A stretch of 61,618 nucleotides of DNA, the filler included. It is 5 parts of 5 records of this genome, joined end to end, with 100 filler letters (N's around TTAATTAATTAA, not from the genome) between each part and the next. Parts side by side here need not be neighbours in the genome. Positions count along the whole stretch, not along the records: positions 1 to 13,017 come from SRR20825010_4438; 4 more parts are not named here. One strand, 5' to 3'. Position 1 is the first letter of the stretch. The number at the start of each line of letters is the position of its first letter. Below the pieces are notes generated by a model. It saw nothing but the letters and a program-made list of their open reading frames with translations. It was not told where the DNA came from and searched no databases. This document shows positions 1 through 8,036 of the stretch, piece after piece. The position numbers and the translations under genes were made by a program.

Positions 1-100
1 AGGCGTTTCGTATAGACGGGGGGCTTGGGATTACGATTGCTGGGAGTAAGCGCGATTAGCAGCTTAAATCAACATTATCTCTATTTATTCGTTATATTAG

Positions 101-117
101 CACACATAATATGTGTG
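101..117. promoter_or_regulatory. Palindromic operator upstream of the antitoxin (probable TA autoregulation site)
   Basis: Perfect inverted repeat CACACATA-a-TATGTGTG ending 3 nt before ATG 121. Confidence 0.6.
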
Positions 118-120
118 GTT

Positions 121-345
121 ATGAAAAATATAACACTTTCTGTTCCTGATCAATTATTGACTCGTGCCCGGGCATATGCTCAGGAAAGAGGGGTTTCTTT
201 GAATGAAATGATAAGAACCTATTTGAGGCAAACAGTGGAGTTGGAAAATGAGTCTTTTTCGGAGAACCTGAAGGAAGCTCAAAGCAGAACCAAGATCCAA
301 ACAACCAACTGGAAATTTGACAGGGACGAGGCTAATGAAAGGTAA
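121..345 (+). CDS. Ribbon-helix-helix antitoxin (DUF6364/CopG-like)
   Basis: MKNITLSVPDQLLTRARAYAQERGVSLNEMIRTYL is an RHH pattern; overlaps the downstream PIN gene; ATG 121 preferred over TTG 25. Confidence 0.75.
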   Translation: MKNITLSVPDQLLTRARAYAQERGVSLNEMIRTYLRQTVELENESFSENLKEAQSRTKIQTTNWKFDRDEANER

Positions 346-754
346 AGTGTTCGTGGACACCAATGTGCTCGTCTATCTTTTTTCATCCGATGAGCCAGCA
401 AAGCGGGACTCGTGTTCTAAGATAATCAATGACTTGAATTTGCAAAGCAAGCTGGTGTGGTCCACTCAAGTGATGCAAGAGTTTTGTAATACCCTAATAA
501 AGAAATTTAAAATTGATCCCTTGCAGGTGAAGGCTAACCTGAGGCTGTTCGAAAACTTTGAGATTGTAGTTAATGATAAAAATTTAGTTGAAAAGGCAAT
601 CGACATTCATGGGATTTATCATTTTTCCTTTTGGGATAGTCTGGTGATTGGTGCGGCCTTAGCCAGTCAATGCGAATATCTACTTACTGAAGATTTACAG
701 CTGAATCAAAGCATTCAAGGACTGAAGGTAATCAGCCCATTTCATTCCAATTAA
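335..754 (+). CDS. vapC: PIN-domain (VapC-like) toxin
   Basis: VFVDTNVLVY, STQVMQEF, SFWDSLVI, LLTEDLQ give the PIN acidic residues; ATG 335 overlaps the antitoxin 3' end. Confidence 0.85.
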   Translation: MKGKVFVDTNVLVYLFSSDEPAKRDSCSKIINDLNLQSKLVWSTQVMQEFCNTLIKKFKIDPLQVKANLRLFENFEIVVNDKNLVEKAIDIHGIYHFSFWDSLVIGAALASQCEYLLTEDLQLNQSIQGLKVISPFHSN

Positions 755-1734
755 TTTCCTTTGTCCAAATCAATCTCTCGCTCCACCTCGACCTCAGGTT
801 GAAACCGCGAAAACTTGTGTTTCTTTTCCTCTCCAAACGCATCGATCACAGACTCAAACCAGCGCATACGCCAGTTGAAATTGTCCCACGTTAAGGATAC
901 ATTTTTTGGAATGTCGTTTAGCGGATAGGCAATTTGTATGTTGACTAGGGATCGTTCGCTCAGATCATGTTTGTCATTCAAAAGTGTGACCGAACTGATA
1001 AGGGGTGAAATTTCAACTCCGTTTACTACTATCGAGCTGCTTTCTTCAACAAATTTTTCCATCAAAGCCAGCTGATCTACTGAATCGACTGCAACAAATG
1101 ATCGTAGCAATTGCCAGGGTAAGGTAAGCTCATGCGTGAGTCGCGTGTCGCTTAGCGTAAAGTATGAAACTATGAATGCTTCTTCACTGGAGGAACCCAC
1201 GCTTAGGGCATCCCGGCTTATTGTGAAGGGTTTCGATTTGCTTAGCTCAACTTTTTCTATCAACGTATTCCCGTTTTTGTAAATGGACAGAAAAGAGACG
1301 GCAGGCACGCCGATCAGATTTTGTGTAAATGTTAGCAATGTGGAGTTCTCATTCAGTCGAAACACAAGCGTATAATACAAGGGGAACTTAAGTAAGTCCA
1401 TAACATGAACGGTTTTTGCTGTTTCCAGGCTCTGAAAATTACTCGAAGTAATTTTTGATGGCAATGTGCCTTTCTGGTCTGCCAGCATGAACGCCTTCAG
1501 GATAATTGATTCATGTGCTTTGGCGTAAGTTTTTAATGTCTCAGCTTGTATCTCATGCTTCGAATGGTGATGGAGATCATGAAAGTATAACAGATCTTCC
1601 GCGTTGATTTTTACTTTCAAAACAACACGTTCATCCTGCAGGTCTGCGCTCAGCCATGAAATGGAAACAGGATGCGGTGTGGCATTGGAATTCAGTGCCA
1701 GCAAGAAACAAATCAAAAGGTAAGCAATACGCAT
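751..1734 (-). CDS. Exported hypothetical protein
   Basis: Signal peptide MRIAYLLICFLLALNSNA followed by HPVSIS; start lies 2 nt beyond the GH38 stop; short His patch HDLHHHSKHE. Confidence 0.7.
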   Translation of the reverse strand: MRIAYLLICFLLALNSNATPHPVSISWLSADLQDERVVLKVKINAEDLLYFHDLHHHSKHEIQAETLKTYAKAHESIILKAFMLADQKGTLPSKITSSNFQSLETAKTVHVMDLLKFPLYYTLVFRLNENSTLLTFTQNLIGVPAVSFLSIYKNGNTLIEKVELSKSKPFTISRDALSVGSSSEEAFIVSYFTLSDTRLTHELTLPWQLLRSFVAVDSVDQLALMEKFVEESSSIVVNGVEISPLISSVTLLNDKHDLSERSLVNIQIAYPLNDIPKNVSLTWDNFNWRMRWFESVIDAFGEEKKHKFSRFQPEVEVEREIDLDKGN

Positions 1735-1736
1735 AT

Positions 1737-4700
1737 TTATTCTATCCAAATGGTTTTTACTTCCTGGGGATCGAGTATAATGGGTGAATCAATTTGTGTC
1801 CCTTTAATATCCTTGGTTCCGCATTCGAAGATTTTCATTTCCTGAGTGAATGAAAAACTGGCTTGTCCCTGTTCGTCGGTAGGATTGAATAACCGAACCA
1901 CAAAGCCTTCTGCATCACGTGATTTTTTTAAGGATGTGATCAATACATTTTCGAAAGATCCAATCTCAATAGGTGACGAAAAGGTCGCTGCGTTTTTATC
2001 TATTGGCCGCACGAGCAAGGGTTGGGTCAATGCCATTCCCCATTTTTTGGTTTCGAAAACATCAAATTCTTCATGCGGCCGGATCACATACTCAAAAGGG
2101 ATTTTTCCTTCCTGAAAAGCTTTGTAGTTCACAAACCAGGCATTGTTCATCACCCAGCTAATCAAAGTGGTCGACGGTTCATATTTTTTGATCCAGGGTC
2201 GTATATCCATGTCAGCCATCCATTTTTGTCCGTTCAAGTCGCCTATTTCTAGCAGAGGTGCTTCTATAGGCGCAATGGTTACACCAGTGTTTTCGTTGGA
2301 AATATCTACCCAGCGTTGAACGGAGTAAAAGTTCTTGTTGGCACCTTTCAGTTGCCCTTCTTCCGGCTGGATGGTTGCCCAGGGGATGTCGATGCTTACT
2401 TGTCCTTCGGGAATTTCAAAAGGAAAAGTGAAACGCACATTTTCATCTTCAGTTATTCGGGTTTTATCCACTTCATTTTTGACAAATACTTCCTCCATGC
2501 CGCTCACCAAAGTGATTTCCCGGGTCAGGTTTTTACTTCCAGGTGCGTCTGAGCTAATCCGGATTCGCTTCAATACGGAACCTGATTCCACCATTTCAAT
2601 TTTAGCTCCGGTTTGTTTGCTCAAGTTTGATTTAATCAGTCCACCATACCAATAAGCGTTGAAACCGAGCGAGTCTTCAGCATTTACCAATTGTTTTCCA
2701 TTGAAGGATATACCCGAAATATCACCATTCTCTTCATTGATCGAAACCGAAATCCGTTCATTCGAAATGCCATTACCACTTTTCTCGTTCGGTAAAATGC
2801 TTTTTGCTTTCTCTTTTTTGAGGAAATACTTCCGGGCTCCAATAGCCGGAATATCTGTTGCCACAAAAACCAACTCACCTGTGCTCAGTAATTGGCTTGG
2901 TATAACCTTGCCATTTTCGTTCGTGATTTTTGTTCCTTTCAGGTTCCAGTCAGAAGGAATTGAGACCAGTTCGGAACGCGACCAGGACGTGGTGTTAATT
3001 ATTTGGATGGCTTCCACAACGTCTGTGCCTGAAGTCGGAAGGGCTGCTTCTATTAAATCGATCGATTGCTTTTTGGCATCCAGGGCAAATCCTTGTTTCA
3101 CATCCCAGAGCGACTTGGTAAACTCACTGTCCGGCTGGGCTTTACTGATATTGGCACCCCAGGTGTGTTCGGAGTATAGCAAGACGTTTCGCCAGGCCGC
3201 ATCAAACTGCTCTTGAGGAAAAACTGAATTCGGTTGGGCCAACGCCCAAAGTGTTTCTGCCTGAGTCAACCGATCAGAGGTTTTGCGATTCATTCCTGTT
3301 TCCAATGCTGAGGAGGCGGCTCCATCTTCCCAGTACGGAGTGAAATCGCCCTTATGCACGGGTAGCACGTCTGCATATCTTTTTTCGAATGCCGTCATCA
3401 TTTCCTTGTTGGTGGCGATTCGCATTTTCGGCCACTCATAAGTTTCGTTCCACTCTTTGATGAAGTCCGGCATGGTTTCATCCGGCGGGCCATTGTCATT
3501 TCCTACTGTATATCGCAGTTGAACCAAATCATACGGATATCCTTGATTTTCCAGCTCACTCAAATGACGCAGGATCGGGTCACCACCGGCTTTGCTCAAT
3601 ATATCCACCGACCAGCTATGAAACCACGAATATCCATGAGAAGTCATCCAAAAAAGTACTTTTTCTTTGCCCGAGGCGGAAGCCCAATAAAAAGGCACGT
3701 CACCCCAGGCTTCCATGGTGTAACCAACCTGATAACCACCATGAGGCAAATGAGGCATGTGATTGGGGCCGGATGAAAAATACTTTACCCCACTTTTGGC
3801 CAGCGACTCCACCGAACCCCAGGAGTAGCCGGGCACATCACTGATCATGGCTGTGTTCACATCGAAACCATATTTATCAGAAAGTTCGATGGCAAAGCGC
3901 TGATTGTTCATCATTTCCTCTTCCCGTTGTAGTCCGGTGAGCTGGCTCCCGATCAAGGCATCCAGACCGATCCACCCTTTACGAACGGCATTGAGGAAGC
4001 GTTCTTTTTGCTCGGGACTGGCTTGTTTCAGATAGCCAGCTATCGCCCAGGTGATCTCCGCATTCCATTTGAACTGTGCTCCGTCTGGGTAGTTTTGAGT
4101 TTTTTCAGCCAATTCGATCCCAAGCTCGAAGTTTCGCCACTGAAGCTTTTCCACATCATCCTGCGTGTGGGTGAAACCAATATCCACGTGTGAATGTGCC
4201 AGAAAATACACCTCATAGTTCCGGACGGGAACGAGTTTGACCTCATGAATTGTCTTGGAGTTTCCTGCAATGGAGATCTCAAGATTCATCCGTTTTTCTT
4301 CTTTTACCGGATCAACATGTAGATAAAAAATCCGCTTGCCTGGTTTTAGCTGTTCGGTTCTGACCGTTTTCCCATCAATCTTAAATGTGGCCATGGCCGG
4401 AGCGCCTGCATGATAGAGTTCCACCCGGATTCTTTGCTTGGGACCCGTGCTTGTTTTGGCAATAGCCGGTTCTGCCAGTACATCTTGCCTCGAAACAACC
4501 GGTACACCGAAGTGCATGATCCAGTCCATGCTTTGTTGCGGCTGACCCACAATTTTGATTGTTTGCCTATTACCGGGTTTTATTATGGATTTGGGAACGT
4601 TCAGAAACATGTAACCAAAAGCGTCTTCTGTTCCTTTTGCAAATTCCGTGGTTATAAAATAGAGCGTTGCATCACCGTTTTTTAGAGACCAATCGGTAGC

Positions 4701-5099
4701 GTTTGAGTCGGTATGATTTTGGAAGGTGAAAAGCTTTTCTTCATTGAAGAAGAGATCAAATTTTCCTGGATTGTCTGTTAGGCTTTTTGAGGCTGAGGCA
4801 CTCCACACGAACGATGCGATTGCATTTTCAAAAGTTGATGGAATAGTTGAAGTTTTAAATTCCAGTATATTTTCACCATCCTTTGCCCTGGCCAAAAGAG
4901 CTACCTGACCATTGGTGAGACCGGGAAGAAAATCAAGTTCAGTCCCGCTTACCTTTTCTTCGAAACCCTGGAAAAAGGGAGTGGTTTTGACAGGCCATTG
5001 ATTACCCGGTTGGGCGAGTAGGCGGTGGCTGGTAATCAAGGCCAGAAATGTAAATGCTAAAATTCTTAATGAAAAAATATTGTTCATATGTTTAAACAT
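1737..5099 (-). CDS. Secreted GH38-like alpha-mannosidase-family glycoside hydrolase with an extra N-terminal domain
   Basis: Zn-binding AHSHVDIG, nucleophile-like ISDVPG, SEHTWG, GH38 C-terminal RLFNP; signal peptide; true start may be ATG 5087. Confidence 0.8.
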   Translation of the reverse strand: MFKHMNNIFSLRILAFTFLALITSHRLLAQPGNQWPVKTTPFFQGFEEKVSGTELDFLPGLTNGQVALLARAKDGENILEFKTSTIPSTFENAIASFVWSASASKSLTDNPGKFDLFFNEEKLFTFQNHTDSNATDWSLKNGDATLYFITTEFAKGTEDAFGYMFLNVPKSIIKPGNRQTIKIVGQPQQSMDWIMHFGVPVVSRQDVLAEPAIAKTSTGPKQRIRVELYHAGAPAMATFKIDGKTVRTEQLKPGKRIFYLHVDPVKEEKRMNLEISIAGNSKTIHEVKLVPVRNYEVYFLAHSHVDIGFTHTQDDVEKLQWRNFELGIELAEKTQNYPDGAQFKWNAEITWAIAGYLKQASPEQKERFLNAVRKGWIGLDALIGSQLTGLQREEEMMNNQRFAIELSDKYGFDVNTAMISDVPGYSWGSVESLAKSGVKYFSSGPNHMPHLPHGGYQVGYTMEAWGDVPFYWASASGKEKVLFWMTSHGYSWFHSWSVDILSKAGGDPILRHLSELENQGYPYDLVQLRYTVGNDNGPPDETMPDFIKEWNETYEWPKMRIATNKEMMTAFEKRYADVLPVHKGDFTPYWEDGAASSALETGMNRKTSDRLTQAETLWALAQPNSVFPQEQFDAAWRNVLLYSEHTWGANISKAQPDSEFTKSLWDVKQGFALDAKKQSIDLIEAALPTSGTDVVEAIQIINTTSWSRSELVSIPSDWNLKGTKITNENGKVIPSQLLSTGELVFVATDIPAIGARKYFLKKEKAKSILPNEKSGNGISNERISVSINEENGDISGISFNGKQLVNAEDSLGFNAYWYGGLIKSNLSKQTGAKIEMVESGSVLKRIRISSDAPGSKNLTREITLVSGMEEVFVKNEVDKTRITEDENVRFTFPFEIPEGQVSIDIPWATIQPEEGQLKGANKNFYSVQRWVDISNENTGVTIAPIEAPLLEIGDLNGQKWMADMDIRPWIKKYEPSTTLISWVMNNAWFVNYKAFQEGKIPFEYVIRPHEEFDVFETKKWGMALTQPLLVRPIDKNAATFSSPIEIGSFENVLITSLKKSRDAEGFVVRLFNPTDEQGQASFSFTQEMKIFECGTKDIKGTQIDSPIILDPQEVKTIWIE

Positions 5100-5101
5100 A
5101 T
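5080..5101. promoter_or_regulatory. GntR/HutC-type operator 1
   Basis: 16-bp perfect palindrome ATATGTTTAAACATAT (5086-5101); GT-N-TA-N-AC core; reverse complement of 5080-5100 matches 7041-7061 at 20/21. Confidence 0.7.
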
Positions 5102-5140
5102 TGATAGAATGTGCAAATTAGAGAATTGAAATGTGAATCT

Positions 5141-5148
5141 TAAATTTG
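5141..5148 (+). promoter_or_regulatory. Bacteroidota -7 promoter element for gntR
   Basis: TAAATTTG matches TAnnTTTG, 20 nt before ATG 5169. Confidence 0.55.
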
Positions 5149-5168
5149 CCGTCTAATAACTGACAGCC

Positions 5169-5900
5169 ATGAAATTAGAAATTGACCACAGCAGCGCGAT
5201 ACCGTTACATATTCAAGCCGAGGAATTGCTTCGAAAAATGATCGCTATGCCGGAATACCAAAAAGGGAAACTCTTTCCGAATGAGGTGCATCTTTCCCGA
5301 CAATTGGGAATTTCGCGCAATACCCTGCGGCAAGCCGCCAATAAACTTGTAATAGAAGGACAGCTTTTAAGAAAAAAAGGGGTTGGCACTATTGTGTCCA
5401 AACCGGTGAGCAGCAAGGCAAAAAACTGGATGAGTTTTAGTCAGGAAATGAAATCGCGCGGGGTGAAGGTTGTTAATTATTCCATAACCTTAGAAACGGC
5501 AACACCACCGGATGAGGTGATGGATTTCTTTGGTTTGAAGGGCAAGACCAAAGTATTGAGAATGGAAAGGGTTCGCGGAGATGACAAACATCCATTCGTA
5601 TATTTTGTTTCTTATTTCCATCCAAACATCGGTCTGACTGGCAAAGAGGATTTTTCCCGACCGCTCTATGAGTTGTTGGAGCAGGATTTTTCTGTAGTGG
5701 CAAAGCTGAGTCAGGAGGAAATCACAGCAGAGGCCTCCGATGCGGATTTGGCGAGAAAATTACATATTCATGCCGGTGAGCCCATCTTGAAAAGAAAGCG
5801 AATGGTCTATGATCCCGGCAGACGACCGATTGAGTACAATCTAGGTTATTATAAATCCGACAGTATTGTTTATACGGTAGAAAGCGAAAGAGAAATATGA
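5169..5900 (+). CDS. GntR family, HutC/UTRA subfamily transcriptional regulator
   Basis: wHTH FPNEVHLSRQLGISRNTLRQA...KGVGTIV; C-terminal UTRA-like domain. Confidence 0.9.
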   Translation: MKLEIDHSSAIPLHIQAEELLRKMIAMPEYQKGKLFPNEVHLSRQLGISRNTLRQAANKLVIEGQLLRKKGVGTIVSKPVSSKAKNWMSFSQEMKSRGVKVVNYSITLETATPPDEVMDFFGLKGKTKVLRMERVRGDDKHPFVYFVSYFHPNIGLTGKEDFSRPLYELLEQDFSVVAKLSQEEITAEASDADLARKLHIHAGEPILKRKRMVYDPGRRPIEYNLGYYKSDSIVYTVESEREI

Positions 5901-7012
5901 GAGGGCAAGCTATAATCATTCTTGTGGCCTTGTTCGTTTTGGGGTGTGAGCCTTCACAAAAAGGAGTAGAGGATAAACCTATCAAAACACGCAACGTAAC
6001 TGTAGATTCAGTTTTTAACAGCTATTTTATGCCTCGTGGAGATGGCTTTACCGGCGGTGATGGAACCTACTCGGTGGTACTGCCGGATGGGCGGGTGGTT
6101 TGGATTTTTGGAGATACCTTTCTTGGCAATGTCACTCCAGATCAAAAGCGCATCAAAACGGATCCTCAGTATATCCGAAATAGCTTCGTCACGGTTAATG
6201 CTGATGGAACAATAAATACGCACCATCTGGGTGAACCATCCGAGTTTAAATCCATGATGATCCCACCCGAAGTGAGTAACCCCAATTCCACATTAAGTGA
6301 ACATGAGGTTTGGTACTGGCCTGGTGATGCGTTTGTGGAGAATGACCGACTCATGGTTTTTGCATCGAAGTTTTTTCAGGAAGAAGAGGACATGTGGGGC
6401 TTCAAATTTCTAGGCACTGAGCTGCTTGAGTTTTCGCTTCCCGATTTGGAAGTTAAAAATATATTCCGGTTTGATTCGCTGAACGAAATCCACTTTGGCC
6501 ATGCAGTTTGCCGGACGGCTACTTACACCTATATCTATGGACTTAAGGAAATGAAACCATATGTAGCACGTGTGTCGGCTGAGAATGTGAATGATATGTG
6601 GGATTTCTTAGGCGAATCGGGGTGGAGTTTGAATGTGAGCGATGCTTCCCCAATACTCAACGGTTTTTCAGGGTCAGAACAATTCAGTGTTTTTTCTTGG
6701 GAGGATCGGTACATCATGATCATGCAGGAGGGAGATCTTGGCAAAGGAATTTATTCGTTTACGGCAAAGTCGCCGGAAGGCCCCTGGGGCAACAAGAAAT
6801 TGCTTTATGAAACGCCCATTCCATTTGAAAACCCGAGAGCATGGACATATAATGCGTTGGCCCATCCTCAATACATAGAGGATAACATGTTGCTGATATC
6901 CTACAATACGAATAGTATGGAGATGGAGGATCATTACGAAAACGCGCTTATTTACCGCCCGAGATTCATTCGAGTGCCGATGGAAATGATTTTAATGAAG
7001 GATGAAAAATGA
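5897..7012 (+). CDS. DUF5005/DUF4185-like beta-propeller lipoprotein (putative glycoside hydrolase)
   Basis: Lipobox LFVLGC; motifs GGDGTYS, WIFGDTFLG, WYWPGD, PEGPW, YNALAHP, YRPRF; ATGA overlap with gntR. Confidence 0.7.
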   Translation: MRGQAIIILVALFVLGCEPSQKGVEDKPIKTRNVTVDSVFNSYFMPRGDGFTGGDGTYSVVLPDGRVVWIFGDTFLGNVTPDQKRIKTDPQYIRNSFVTVNADGTINTHHLGEPSEFKSMMIPPEVSNPNSTLSEHEVWYWPGDAFVENDRLMVFASKFFQEEEDMWGFKFLGTELLEFSLPDLEVKNIFRFDSLNEIHFGHAVCRTATYTYIYGLKEMKPYVARVSAENVNDMWDFLGESGWSLNVSDASPILNGFSGSEQFSVFSWEDRYIMIMQEGDLGKGIYSFTAKSPEGPWGNKKLLYETPIPFENPRAWTYNALAHPQYIEDNMLLISYNTNSMEMEDHYENALIYRPRFIRVPMEMILMKDEK

Positions 7013-7040
7013 AATACTTGATAAAATTCTTGAACATTAC

Positions 7041-7071
7041 TATGTTCAAACATATGAACAACCTATATTTG
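7041..7071 (+). promoter_or_regulatory. GntR operator 2 with adjacent Bacteroidota -7 element
   Basis: TATGTTCAAACATATGAACAA (7041-7061) followed by TATATTTG (7064-7071). Confidence 0.7.
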
Positions 7072-7095
7072 ATCAATAACTAAAAAATTAACCCG

Positions 7096-7974
7096 ATGAA
7101 AAGAAAATATCTAGCCGCTCTTACTCTTGTTGGACTCATGGGAAGCGTGGGTCTTTTAATGTCTTGCAGCGATGACGAAAGCTTCAAGGATCCTGAAATA
7201 TCACTTTCGAGCAATGCGGATACTGCCGCACCAGGAGAGGTGGTGACTGTTACCGTTACTGCCATTCTTGATGCTGATTTTGAAAGTATCGTGGTGACCA
7301 AACTTTGGGATGGTGCTGCGCAAGGCACGGAGACCATTACTGATTTAACGTCAGAAACGTTTACTTACAGCTACACCGTTTTGGACACTGATGCTGATCA
7401 CATTCTTTCTTTCAATTTCCTTATTACCGACAGTGAAGGGAAGACAGCTTCGATTGATTGGATCATTACTGTAGAACTCACCGCTAAGCAGCTTTTGCTT
7501 AAGTACAACTGGAGGTTGGATAAAGAAATCCGGAAAAAGACAAATACCAACGACATCAATTCAGCATATGTGGATGATGTCTATAGCTTCAATGCGGATG
7601 GAACTTATGCCAAAAACAACAACGATACCAAGGATGATTTTAATGATAGTTGGTACAATTACTGTTTCTACGACCTGAATGAAACCACATTGAGATTGTT
7701 GATGAGTAGAACTGGTGCTTTTGGAGAAGATGAGGTAGATACTTTAAACATTACTACCATCACCGATTCTCAGTTGATTGGAGATGTGACTTATTATGGG
7801 CTGGATGAACTCAACACAGGCGAGGAGACCACTCCATATGAGGCTGTAGAAGAGTTCGAAAAACAATTTGTAGCGGTAGCCAAAACAGGCACTTTCGATC
7901 CTTATGGAAGTGGCGCTGAAGATGATGCAGGTCCTGCAGGTATGGATTGCATAGCAAAGACCTTTGATAATTAA
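7096..7974 (+). CDS. Surface lipoprotein of the PUL (putative glycan-binding)
   Basis: Lipobox LLMSC followed by acidic SDDES; beta-rich acidic sequence; lies upstream of susC. Confidence 0.7.
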   Translation: MKRKYLAALTLVGLMGSVGLLMSCSDDESFKDPEISLSSNADTAAPGEVVTVTVTAILDADFESIVVTKLWDGAAQGTETITDLTSETFTYSYTVLDTDADHILSFNFLITDSEGKTASIDWIITVELTAKQLLLKYNWRLDKEIRKKTNTNDINSAYVDDVYSFNADGTYAKNNNDTKDDFNDSWYNYCFYDLNETTLRLLMSRTGAFGEDEVDTLNITTITDSQLIGDVTYYGLDELNTGEETTPYEAVEEFEKQFVAVAKTGTFDPYGSGAEDDAGPAGMDCIAKTFDN

Positions 7975-7991
7975 GTCAAAAACAACCTAAG

Positions 7992-8019
7992 AACCCTGAG
8001 TAATGCTCAGGGTTTTTTT
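7992..8019 (+). terminator. Intrinsic terminator between the lipoprotein gene and susC
   Basis: AACCCTGAGT-aat-GCTCAGGGTT followed by a T-run. Confidence 0.75.
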
Positions 8020-8036
8020 ACCCTCCCCATTGAAAT

